Part shown: positions 21,456-30,990 of the stretch, one piece after another
Layout: each line of letters begins with the position of its first letter
How positions within the stretch are numbered: position 1 is the stretch's first letter
NCBI GenBank assembly: GCA_963822965.1
Contig: CAWGJT010000005.1
Coordinates: forward strand, 1,792,001 to 1,856,000
Length of the DNA stretch: 64,000 bases
Direction of reading: 5' to 3'
DNA from: an uncultured delta proteobacterium
GTDB lineage: Bacteria; Myxococcota_A; UBA9160; UBA4427
Position numbers and translations under genes: made by a program
Notes under the pieces: model-generated
What the model was told of the DNA's origin: nothing
The model's database searches: none
Seen by the model: only the letters and a program-made list of their open reading frames with translations

Positions 21456-22723
21456 CAGGTGCCGCCCACCTTGCGCCGGGGCGGGGAGGCCTTCCCCGAC
21501 CGGCGGCTCTTCCTGGGCGCGGCCTTCGCGGGCCGGGGCTCGGGCTCGGCTTCCGGCGCGGCGCCGAAGGAGACCACCAGGGTGCCGTCCTGCAGGCGCG
21601 CGGAGGCCAGCGGCAGGCGCGAGATGCGGGGCGGCAGCGGAACGGCGCGCCGCCGGGATCCCGCGCGGACGATCAGGTCTTCCTCGACCACCGCCACCTC
21701 CAGGTGGTCCGCCGAGGCGCCGGGCAGCGGCAGATGCACCCGGTGCACCCCCGCCGCCTTCGTGAAGCGGATGCGCGGGGCGTCCGAGAGCAGCGCGTCG
21801 GGCCGCTCCTCGCCGAAGATGTCCCGGCCGTGGGCGGCCAGCGCGTCGAGACCCGTCACCTCGTCGCGCTGCAGGGGGGCGTCCAGCACCCGCAAGGGCG
21901 CGAAGAGCTCCTCCAGCTCCTGCTGGCGCCGACCCTGCACCGCCCACCAGTCCTGGAAGAACTCCTCCTGCCCCGCAGACGCGGGCAGCAGCCGGTTCAT
22001 CACCACCGCGTCGCAGTGCAGGTCGAAGAGCGAGAGCTCCATGAAGGCCCGCCGGGCCTCGTCGATCACCATCCGCTCGGGGGTGGCCACGATGCGGATG
22101 CTCGTCTGCTTGTCGGACAGGCGGCGACGGAGCTTCCGGGCCCGGTCGTCCACCAGGCGTTCGAGATCGCGGAACACCCGGCTGCGGGGGATCGGCGCGC
22201 TCACCATCGCCCGGGCGATGGGCGACACCACCGTGGACAGCACCCGCGCCGCGGCGGGCACGATGCGCAGCACGCCCTTCATCATGTCGGGCAGGGTGAC
22301 GAGGCGCAGGGTGGAGCCCGTGGGTGCGCAGTCGAGGACCACGAAGTCGTAGGTCCGGCGGCGAGAGAGCTCCTCCACGGCGAGGAGCGAGGCCACCTCC
22401 TCGGCACCCGGCAGCAGCGCCAGCTCCTCGGCCACCACGTCGTCGATGCCCTGGTAGCGGAAGAGCTCCACCAGGTAGTCGCGAATCGTGCCGTAGTAGC
22501 GGCCGATCTCGACCCGGGGGTCGATCTCCATGGCGTCCAGGTTGGGGGCCAGCTTCGCGGGGCTCGGCCCGAGCGGCCGCTCGAGGACGTCCCCCAGGCT
22601 GTGGGCCACGTCCGACGAGACGACGAGGGTGCGCGCTCCCAGCTCGGCCGCTCGGACGGCGGTAGCCGCCGCGGTGGTGGTCTTCCCGACGCCGCCCTTG
22701 CCGGTATAGAGAACGAGACGCAC
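21455..22723 (-). CDS. ArsA/Get3-family ATPase with C-terminal HSP20-like domain (copy 1)
   Basis: GKGGVGKTT, SSDVAHSLGD and DCAPTG. Confidence 0.92.
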   Translation of the reverse strand: MRLVLYTGKGGVGKTTTAAATAVRAAELGARTLVVSSDVAHSLGDVLERPLGPSPAKLAPNLDAMEIDPRVEIGRYYGTIRDYLVELFRYQGIDDVVAEELALLPGAEEVASLLAVEELSRRRTYDFVVLDCAPTGSTLRLVTLPDMMKGVLRIVPAAARVLSTVVSPIARAMVSAPIPRSRVFRDLERLVDDRARKLRRRLSDKQTSIRIVATPERMVIDEARRAFMELSLFDLHCDAVVMNRLLPASAGQEEFFQDWWAVQGRRQQELEELFAPLRVLDAPLQRDEVTGLDALAAHGRDIFGEERPDALLSDAPRIRFTKAAGVHRVHLPLPGASADHLEVAVVEEDLIVRAGSRRRAVPLPPRISRLPLASARLQDGTLVVSFGAAPEAEPEPRPAKAAPRKSRRSGKASPPRRKVGGT

Positions 22724-22782
22724 GGGCGGACTCTAGCCCCAATGCGTCGGTTGCCCCTCTCGGGCGGCTTGCTCAGGTCGCG

Positions 22783-23136
22783 TCAGGCCGCGTTGGGAAC
22801 CATCCTGCCCTGCTTCTGCGCCGACTCGTCGCGCCCGCCGGCCGCGCGGCGGCGTGCCCCGCGCGCCGGCCGGGCGTCGAAGCGCGAGGGCCGGCGGGCC
22901 GGCCGCGTCCAGCGATGCCCGCAGCGCGGACACTCCCCGAGCTCGAGCGCGTCCGCCTGCAGGTCCACACAGTCGATCTCGACGTGCGCGCAGCCGCACA
23001 CCTGACAGCCCGTCGGGTGCGAGAGCGAGAGGGGGGAAGGCGAGACAGGGGAAGGCGAGACAGGGGAAGGCGAGACGGGGGAAGAGGTAGGGAAAGGGAG
23101 AGAGCGGGGGGAGCGAAGGAGCGTGTTCGTCGCCAT
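22783..23136 (-). CDS. Small putative zinc-ribbon protein
   Basis: GGAGG RBS before ATG 23136; CQVC...CPRCGHRW; SPSPV repeats. Confidence 0.6.
   Translation of the reverse strand: MATNTLLRSPRSLPFPTSSPVSPSPVSPSPVSPSPLSLSHPTGCQVCGCAHVEIDCVDLQADALELGECPRCGHRWTRPARRPSRFDARPARGARRRAAGGRDESAQKQGRMVPNAA
23033..23084. repeat. 15-bp tandem repeat x3.5
   Basis: GGGGAAGGCGAGACA units encoding SPSPV. Confidence 0.9.
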
Positions 23137-23153
23137 GGGTCGACCTCCTATGT

Positions 23154-23198
23154 ATTGCTGCATTGCCGCATTGCTGCATTGCTGCATTGCCGCATTGC
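23154..23198. repeat. 8-bp tandem repeat (ATTGCYGC) x5.6
   Basis: Read directly; lies just upstream of the RBS of the zinc-ribbon ORF. Confidence 0.92.
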
Positions 23199-23464
23199 AC
23201 CTGGCGCCTTGCGGCGCCCTCCGGAGCCTGCTCTCCGGGCTGCCCCGCGGCTCTTTCGCCGAGCTCGCTCGACCTCGAGCCGCGGGACATCCCAGAGAGG
23301 TTGCCGGGTCACGAGTGGTGGATGCCCGGTACATCCCCCATGGAAGCCGGGCCCCGTGACGAATCCGGTCACGCGGGTGGGTGTCGTAGCGGGCCGGCGG
23401 GGTTCCGACCGCCGGCTCGCACGAGGCACGTGCGGACCCGGACGGAATTCGCCGGGCTCGCGGG

Positions 23465-24968
23465 TCAGCGCAGCTCGCGCTTCAGGATCTTGCCCGTCGG
23501 GCCCTTGGGGAGGCGCGTCCAGAAACTCCACGATGCGCGGGTACTTGTAGGCGGCCAGGCGCTCCTTGCAGAAGGCGATGATCGTCCTCCGCGCTGGCCG
23601 TCGCGGCCGGCGCCGAGAGCGACCACCGCCTTCACCTCCTCGCCGTGGCTCTCGTGGGGGACGCCGATCACGGCCGCCTCGACGACGGCCTCGTGGGCGT
23701 AGAGCACCTCCTCCACCTCGCGCGGATACACGTTGAAGCCGCCGCGCAGGATCATGTCCTTCTTGCGGTCGACGATCCAGTAGCAGCCGTCCTCGTCCCG
23801 CAGGCCGATGTCGCCCGAGTGGAACCAGCCGCCCTGCAGCGCTTCCTTGGTGGCGTCGGGGCGGCCCAGATAGCCCTTCATGACGTTGTGGCCGCGGATG
23901 CAGATCTCGCCGCGCTCGCCGTCGGGCAGCGGGTGGTCGTTCTCGTCCACGATGCACATCTCGACGCCCCACACCGGGTAGCCGATCGAGCCCGGCTTGC
24001 GCGGCTTGTCGAGCACGTTGAAGCTCGCGACCGGCGACGTCTCCGAGAGCCCGAAGCCCTCCAGGATCGTCACGCCGAAGCTGCTCCTCGAAGGCGTTCA
24101 TCACCTCGACGGGCATGGGCGCGCCGCCGGTGACACGCAGTACCGCACGCTCGCGAAGTCGTGGGTGCGTCCGCCTCGTGGTGCAGCAGCGCGAAGTACA
24201 TCGTGGGGACACCCGCGAAGAACGTGACGCGGTCGCGCTCGATCACCTCGAACGCCTTCGCGGGCGTCGAAGCGCGCCAGCAGCGTGAAGGTGCCGCCCA
24301 GCGCGATGGTGGCGTTCTGCACGCACGTCTGCCCGAACGAGTGGAAGAGCGGAAGCGTCGCCCAGCGCCACGTGCGTCGGGCCCGGCCTCGGGCATCAGC
24401 TTCGGCACCACCATCGCGCAGTTCATCAGCAGGTTCGAGTGCGTGAGCTCGGCGCCCTTGGGCTTGCCGGTCGTGCCGGACGTATAGAGGATGACGGCCG
24501 TGTCGGTGGGCAGGGTCGGGTGCAGGCGCGGCGACCGGATCGGCCGTCGGCCATCGCCTGCAGCGAGTCGGCTCCCGTCGCCGCCCGCCACGACCACCGG
24601 CACGCCCGCTGCTCGGCGCCCGGCGCGCCCCGCCGCTTCGAAGAGCGGATGCACGATGAGCAGCCGCGCGTCCGAGTCCTCGAGGAAGTACGCCACCTCG
24701 GGCGCCGCGGCGAGCACGTTGATGGGGACGACCGTGCAGCCGGCGTAGAGGATGCCGAAGTAGGCGATCGTGAACTCCGGCACGTTCGGCACCAGCAGCG
24801 CGACCCGGTCGCCCGGCTCGACGCCCCGCGCCCGCAGGCTCGCCGCCACCCCGCGCGCCGCCCGGTCGAGCTCGCCGTAGCTGAGCCGGCGGTCGTCCTG
24901 GCTGACCGCGGTCTTGTCGGGCTTCAGTCGCGCGGTGCCTGGAGGATCGATCCGAGGTTGAGCTGCAT
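23465..24968 (-). CDS. Long-chain fatty acid-CoA ligase (several frameshifts)
   Basis: YTSGTTGKPKG, LPLFHSFG, EGFGLSET, WFHSGD, DRKKD and PTGKILK. Confidence 0.9.
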
Positions 24969-25220
24969 GGGGGGTCTCCCGCGCCGGGCGCGGCGCCCCG
25001 GTCGATTCTCCCCCGGCGCCGAAAGGTGTCAAACCGGGCTCCGAACGGCGCCGCCCGCCGGGCGGGGCGACCCGGGCCGGGTCGGTCGGCGTCGCGAACG
25101 GGTCCCCGGCAGTCGTCCGCTCGGGCTGGCGTCGGCGCCAGAGTGGGCGCGCTGGCCCGCCATTTCACGCGATCACGGGCTACGGGCCGACGCGATGGAG
25201 ACGCTGGTCTGCGTTGCGAC

Positions 25221-26180
25221 TCAGGTGGCGAAGATCACCAGCAGGTAGACGGCGTAGAGGGTGACGAGGACGCTGCCCGCGGCGCGGCCGATGGGGCGGC
25301 CGGCCAGGACGAGCACCCACAGCAGGCCCCCCGAGAAGAGCATCACCCACAGGTCGATGGTGAGGAAGCCGGCGGGGACGGGCACCGGGGCGATCAGCAC
25401 CGTGAGCCCCATGATGGCCAGGATGTTGAGGACGTTCGAGCCGATCACGTTGCCGATGGCGACGTCGTCGGTGCGATGGATGGCGGCGAGGACGGTGGTG
25501 CTGAGCTCGGGGAGCGACGTTCCCAGCGCCACGATGCTGGCGCCGATCACCGCCTCCCGAATGCCCAGGCCCTTGGCGATCGCGACCGCGCCTTGACGGC
25601 GAGATCCGCACCGAGGGGCAGCAGCAGGATGCCGAGCACGATGAAGAAGAGAATCATGCGGCAGCTGCGACGGGATGCCCAGCACGCGGTCGATCTCCGC
25701 CTCGTCGCGCGTCCACCTCCAGGAACGAGGCCATGCCGCGGAAGCTCACGAGCAGGCCCACCGCCAGCACGCCCACCAGCACGATGCCGTGGGGCCAGGA
25801 GAGGGGCCCCAGGAAGCAGAGGCCGATGAAGATGCGCGCTGACGAGCAGCATGAAGAGCCCGTGGGAGCGGGCGCCCGAGGCGGGGATCGCGATGGGCGA
25901 GATCAGGGCGGGCAGCCCGATGACGAGCAGCACGTTGGTGATGTTGCTGCCGACGACGTTTCCGATGGCGATCTCGCCATGCCCGGAGATCGCCGCATAG
26001 AGCGAGACGAGGAGCTCCGGGCGCCGAGGTTCCCATGGCGACCACCGTCAGCCCGACCAGCAGCGGCGAGATGCGGCTGCGACGCGAGAGCGCGAGCGCG
26101 CCACGCACCAGCAGATCGCCGCCGATCGTCAGGTAGATCAGGCCGCCGAAGAGGACGAGGAAGTCCGCCGCCTCGATCAT
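25221..26180 (-). CDS. Ca2+/Na+ antiporter (YrbG/CaCA family), frameshifted
   Basis: Alpha repeats GLTVVAMGTSAP..GNVVGSN and ALGTSLPE..GNVIGSN. Confidence 0.88.
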
Positions 26181-26214
26181 CGCCCGTCCGGGCCCGAGCG
26201 CCCGCGGCCGGCTC

Positions 26215-27288
26215 GTGCGCGCTGCGCGCTTCCATGATCGTCGAGCCAGTCGTTCAGGGCGCGGGCGAGCACCGCGACCTCGTCCTCGCCTTCGCACCTC
26301 GGCGCGAAGACCCGTCTCTCCCTTTCGCACGCGGTCCACCAGCGTCGGAGAGGTCGCGGATGGGGCGTGCGAGGCGGAAGCCGAGCAGCGTGCCCACCAC
26401 GATCGCGAAGGCGGCAAGCGCCAGGGCCACGTCGATGATGCGGCTGCGCAGCGCGTAGAAGCGGGCCAGCTCCTCGTCTGCGTCGATCTTGACGACGAGC
26501 CCCCAGCCGAGCTCGGGCAGGAAGCGCGAGGCGACCCACACCTCGTTGTCCCGGTAGTCGTGCGGCAGCTCGAAGATCTCGCCGTTCCCCCGCGCGCCGC
26601 GGCCACGCTCGGGGGCGGCTCCGCCGGCGGGCAGCGCGGCGCGTGGCGCAAGGCGTTCAGCACCTGCATGCGACCGCCCGGCTCCAGGCTGAAGAGGATG
26701 GTCTCGCCCGTCTCGCCGAGCCCGGTGGAGTCGGCGTGACGCCGAGGACCTCGCCGACGTCCATCACGACGTCGAGGGAGCCGATGACGTGCCGTCGAGC
26801 TCGAGGCTCGAGTGCAGCTGCCTTCGAGCCCGCCGTCGCTGCGGCGGTGCAGCCCGGAATACACGACGCACCACTGCCCGTCACGGGCGTCTTTCGCGCG
26901 GGAGGCGTCTCCGATTCGCCCGCGCTCGCGATCAGATGCCCGCCGCCGTCGAACAGCGCGATGCGCTTCACCTCCTCGACGGCCGAGACGGCGTCGCGCA
27001 CGATGCGCTGGATGCGTTCGAGGTCCGCCGGCATCCCGTGTCTCGCCGTAGCGCTCCAGGCTGAGACGCAGCTGGGTGCGGCTGCGGATCAGGCGAACCT
27101 GGTCGCGCCAGCCTTCGAGCATCTCGTCGAGATCGTCGACTTTGGTCTCGGCCAGCGCGTCGAGCTGTCGCTCGGAGATGCGCCGCAGCATGTTCTGCGC
27201 GGTCTCGTATCCGAACGCTCCCAGCAGGAGCATGTTGCAGAGGGAGAGTGCGACCAGACGCGAAGGCGAGCTTGGTGCGGTAATCCAA
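26215..27288 (-). CDS. Membrane sensor with periplasmic (Cache-like) and HAMP domains, no evident output domain; frameshifted
   Basis: N-terminal TM, GLGETGE, WGLVVKID..E, second TM, RPIRDL...DEVAVLARALN. Confidence 0.65.
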
Positions 27289-27420
27289 GGTCCGAAGAGC
27301 CTAGCTGGGGAAGCCTTCGGATTCCCACAGCGGGGAATCCTCTGGGATTCCCACAGAGGGAACAGCAACCGGATCTCGGGGCGGCACGACGCAAGAGCCC
27401 TCATGGAGCCCTCAGCCGTC

Positions 27421-28622
27421 TCAGCCGCCCCGCCTCAGCAGCAGGCAGCCGCCGAGCGGGCCGCCGCCGGCCGCGGCGACGGCCACCTGCGGGTCGCCCG
27501 CCACCTGGCGCGCGCCGCCCTCGCCCCACAGCTGCACGCACGCCTCGTGGAGGAAGCCGTAGCCGTGCAGTCGGCCGCCGGAGAGCTGGCCGCCGTTCGT
27601 GTTGAGGGGCAGCTCGCCCTCGAGGGCGATGCGCTGGCCGCCCTCGAGAAGGGCCCGCCCTCGCCCCTTGCCGCAGAAGCCCAGCGCCTCGAGCCAGGCC
27701 AGGGCGATGAAGCTGAAGCCGTCGTAGAGCTGCGCGCAGTCGACGTCGGCGGGGGTCGAGGTCGGTGCGCTTCCAGAGCATCGCCGCGGCGTCGCGCAGG
27801 GCCATGGTGGTGAGGTCGTCCCACTGGTCCCAGGAGGGACGGCCCTTGATGGCCGTGCCCACCGCCTCGACGCGCAGCGGCGGCCGGCGCAGGTCCTTGG
27901 CGGCGTCGACGTGGGAGACGATCATCGCCGTGGCGCCGTCCACGGGCACGTCGCAGTCGTACAGGCAGAAGGGCTCCGAGATCATGCGGGCCGACAGGTA
28001 GTCGTCCATCGTCATCGGGTCGCGGTAGATGGCCTTCGGGTTCAGGCCCGCGTTGCGGCGCGCGTTGAGGGCGATCCAGGCCAGCTGCTCGCGCGTGGTG
28101 CCGAACTCGTGGAAGTGGCGCTTCGCCATCATGGCGATCCAGCACCGCCGCCGAAGCGGCGCCGTAGGGGAGCGTCCACTGCATGAAGCCGCCGGCCCGG
28201 AAGCGACCGCCGCCGCCGGCGCCGATCCCCTGACGGCCGCCGCTGCCCTGGGCGGTGGACTCCCACACCGTGCGGAAGCAGAGGACGTGGCGGGCGAGCC
28301 CGGTGGCCACCGCCATGCAGGCGTTCACCACCGACCCCAGCTGACCGGGCAGCTCGGGGCCGCCGCAGAACCAGTCGAGGTCGAGGCGCAGCATGTCCTG
28401 CACCTCGGTGATGCCGGCGCCGCTGAAGCCCGCGGGCGCCCCGCCCATGTTGCCGGGATAGGTGGACAGGCCGTCGATGTCCTCGCGGCGCAGGCCGGCG
28501 TCCTCGATGGCGGCCAGGCACGCGTCGGCGGTGAGCGCCAGGGGGTCGCGGTTCAGGCGGCGGCCGACGTCCGACTGGCCGATTCCCGTGAGGGCCGCGC
28601 GCCGCTCGAGAAACTCGCTCAT
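27421..28622 (-). CDS. Thiolase-like (SCP2/lipid-transfer type) protein, frameshifted
   Basis: GIGQS, NPKA, YDCDVPVDGA, LYDGFS and NTNGGQL. Confidence 0.88.
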
Positions 28623-29068
28623 GCGTCCTTCCCATCTGCGCCCGGGCCGGCGGCCCCGGGGTCGGGCTCGAAGAGGGGCAGGAACACGCCCTCCCCCAGG
28701 TCCTCGAAGACGACCCGCACCGGCAGGCCGATGCGCACGTCCTCGATGGGGCAGCCCACGATGTTGGTGGTGAGCCGCAGCGACGGCTGCTCGACGATCT
28801 CGACGATGGCCACCACGTAGGGCGGATCGAAGCCCGGAATCCACGGCTGGTGGTTGACGGTGAACGTGTGCACCACCGCGCGTCCCGAGACCGCCTCGGA
28901 CGAGAGCTCCCGCGAGAGGCACTCGGGACACACCGGCGACGGCGGGTGCACATAAGTGCGGCAGCTCGCACAGCGCAGGAAGCGAAGCTCGCCCGCGGCG
29001 CCACCCTGCCAGTAGTGCTCGTTCTCCGGGGTCACCTGCGGCAGCAGGCGGAACGGCTTCTTGCTCAC
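28619..29068 (-). CDS. Zn-ribbon/OB-fold (DUF35, ChsH2-like) protein
   Basis: CASC...PPSPVCPEC, PPYVVAIVE and IGLPVRVVF; coupled to the thiolase gene. Confidence 0.9.
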   Translation of the reverse strand: MSKKPFRLLPQVTPENEHYWQGGAAGELRFLRCASCRTYVHPPSPVCPECLSRELSSEAVSGRAVVHTFTVNHQPWIPGFDPPYVVAIVEIVEQPSLRLTTNIVGCPIEDVRIGLPVRVVFEDLGEGVFLPLFEPDPGAAGPGADGKDA

Positions 29069-29090
29069 GTGGCTCGCCTCGTCCGTCGTC

Positions 29091-29723
29091 TCATTCGCCG
29101 GTGACCGTGTGGTGCAGGATCTGCGCGGACGTCTCGACGAGGTCGTCCCGGGTGACGCCGAAGACCTCGAGCTCGCGGTGGTAGGCGGCCAGTCGCTCGA
29201 GGATGGAGGCCATGGCGGCGGCGGCCGCCGCGGGATGACCGGCGGCCGCGTCGCCTTCCCGGTGCTCGCGGATCACCCGGGCGAGATGGGTGATCACCGG
29301 GCGCATGGTGCGGGCCCGCAGCGCCTGGAAGCGCTCGTCTCCCTCGTCGGAGGCCAGGTTGCGCACCCGCAGCACCGCATGGTGCGCGTCCCAGTGGGCG
29401 ATGAAAGCCTCCACGATGGCGCGGGCCTTGCGCCGGCCCGCGTCGCCGCGCCACGAGCCGTCGATCTGCTCGAGGATGCCGGGCATCTCCTCGCTGGTCT
29501 GCCCGGCGAGGCACAGCACCACGTCGTCCACGTCGCGAAAGTACTGGTAGAAGGTGGCCGCCGAGGTCTCCACTTCGCGGGCGATGTCGATCACCCGCAG
29601 CTCGCGGAGCTTCTGGCGCCCGAGGAGCGTCTCGGTGGCTTCGAGCAGGCGCGCGCGCGTCTGCAGGGCGCGCGGCCCGAGGGCGCGACCGCTCTGGTCG
29701 ACGACGTCGCGGTCTTCGCTCAC
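29091..29723 (-). CDS. TetR-family regulator
   Basis: TRARLLEAT...DIAREVETSAATFYQYF. Confidence 0.9.
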   Translation of the reverse strand: MSEDRDVVDQSGRALGPRALQTRARLLEATETLLGRQKLRELRVIDIAREVETSAATFYQYFRDVDDVVLCLAGQTSEEMPGILEQIDGSWRGDAGRRKARAIVEAFIAHWDAHHAVLRVRNLASDEGDERFQALRARTMRPVITHLARVIREHREGDAAAGHPAAAAAAMASILERLAAYHRELEVFGVTRDDLVETSAQILHHTVTGE

Positions 29724-30931
29724 GCGCGCCCCAGCAGGCCCAGGGTGTTGTCGCGCATGATGCGGCGGATCGCTTCCGCGGGGAGCGTCGTCAGGCCCTC
29801 GACGAAGTCCGCAGGCTCGGCCAGCCCTTCCGGGTGGGGATAGTCGGAGCCGAAGACCACCTGGGACGCGCCGATCTCCCGCACCAGCGCCGGGATGTTC
29901 TCCTCGTGGTACGGCGACACGAACACGTGGCGACGCACGATGTCCGAGGGCTTCTCGCGGATACGACCGCCGATCCACGGCCCGTTGCGGCCCATGCCGC
30001 CCATCTTGTCCATCACCTTCATCAGGTAGGGGACGAAGAGCGAGCCGTTCTCCACGCTCATGACCTTGAGGTTCGGGTAGCGGCCGAAGAGGTTGTGGAA
30101 GACCAGCGCCGCGATGGTGTCCATGATGGGCCGGTCGCCGTAGAAGCACGACCACTGGAACGCCGACTGCCGGTGCGCCGAGGGGTTCGGCTGCTCGCCG
30201 AACCAGACGCTCATCATCTCGTTGTAGCCCGACTCGGCGATGTGGAAGGCCACGGTCACGCCGGCCTCGTGGACGCGCGACCAGAAGGGGTCGAAGTACG
30301 GGTCGGCGGGGGAGCGCCCGTAGGCCGGTCCGGGTCGCAGGGCCACCACGCGCGCGCCCCGGGCGATCACCCGATCCAGCTCGTCCACGGCGCGCTCGAG
30401 GTCGAGCAGCGAGAGCAGCGGCGGCGCATAGATGCGGCCCTGGTAGTCGAAGCCCCAGGTCTCGTCGAGCCAGCGGTTGAAGGCGTGGAAGTTCGCGTAC
30501 ATCTGCTCCGCGTCGTCGGTCATGAACTGCTCGACGCAGACGGCCAGGGTGGGAAAGAGGAGGCAGCCTTCGAGCCCCTGCTCGTCCATGCGTGCCAGCC
30601 GGGCCTCGCGGTCCAGGAAGGCCGGATCGTTCGGCTGGGTGACCTCGCCCTCGTAGTCCGGGGTGTGCATGGCGCGCAGCATCTCGCGCAGGGCGCCGGG
30701 GCGGGCGTGGTGGTCGAAGTCGAGGTTGCCCAGGAACGTGAAGGGCTTGCGGCCCACCATCACCCGTTCCTGCCCGCCGTCGTCCGCCACCACCCGGATG
30801 GCCTTGTCGCGGTGGCGCGGCTCGATGAAGCGGGTGAAGCAGTCGCGGGGCTCGTAGTAGTGGTTGTCGGCGTCGAAGAGCCGGAAGCCGAGGGCGTCTC
30901 GGACCGCGGGGGAGCCGGGGATCTGATGCAT
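29720..30931 (-). CDS. Amidohydrolase family protein
   Basis: DADNHYYE, VENG and FGSDYPHPEG. Confidence 0.92.
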   Translation of the reverse strand: MHQIPGSPAVRDALGFRLFDADNHYYEPRDCFTRFIEPRHRDKAIRVVADDGGQERVMVGRKPFTFLGNLDFDHHARPGALREMLRAMHTPDYEGEVTQPNDPAFLDREARLARMDEQGLEGCLLFPTLAVCVEQFMTDDAEQMYANFHAFNRWLDETWGFDYQGRIYAPPLLSLLDLERAVDELDRVIARGARVVALRPGPAYGRSPADPYFDPFWSRVHEAGVTVAFHIAESGYNEMMSVWFGEQPNPSAHRQSAFQWSCFYGDRPIMDTIAALVFHNLFGRYPNLKVMSVENGSLFVPYLMKVMDKMGGMGRNGPWIGGRIREKPSDIVRRHVFVSPYHEENIPALVREIGASQVVFGSDYPHPEGLAEPADFVEGLTTLPAEAIRRIMRDNTLGLLGRA

Positions 30932-30990
30932 CGTCAGAATTCTACACCAGACCGCTCCGTTCCCGACCGCTTCCGTTAGCCTCCCGGGCC

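Noticed and set aside
20280..22723. Arsenic resistance operon
   Set aside because: There is no arsB/acr3, arsC, arsR or arsD, and the HSP20-like tails point to the Get3-like group.
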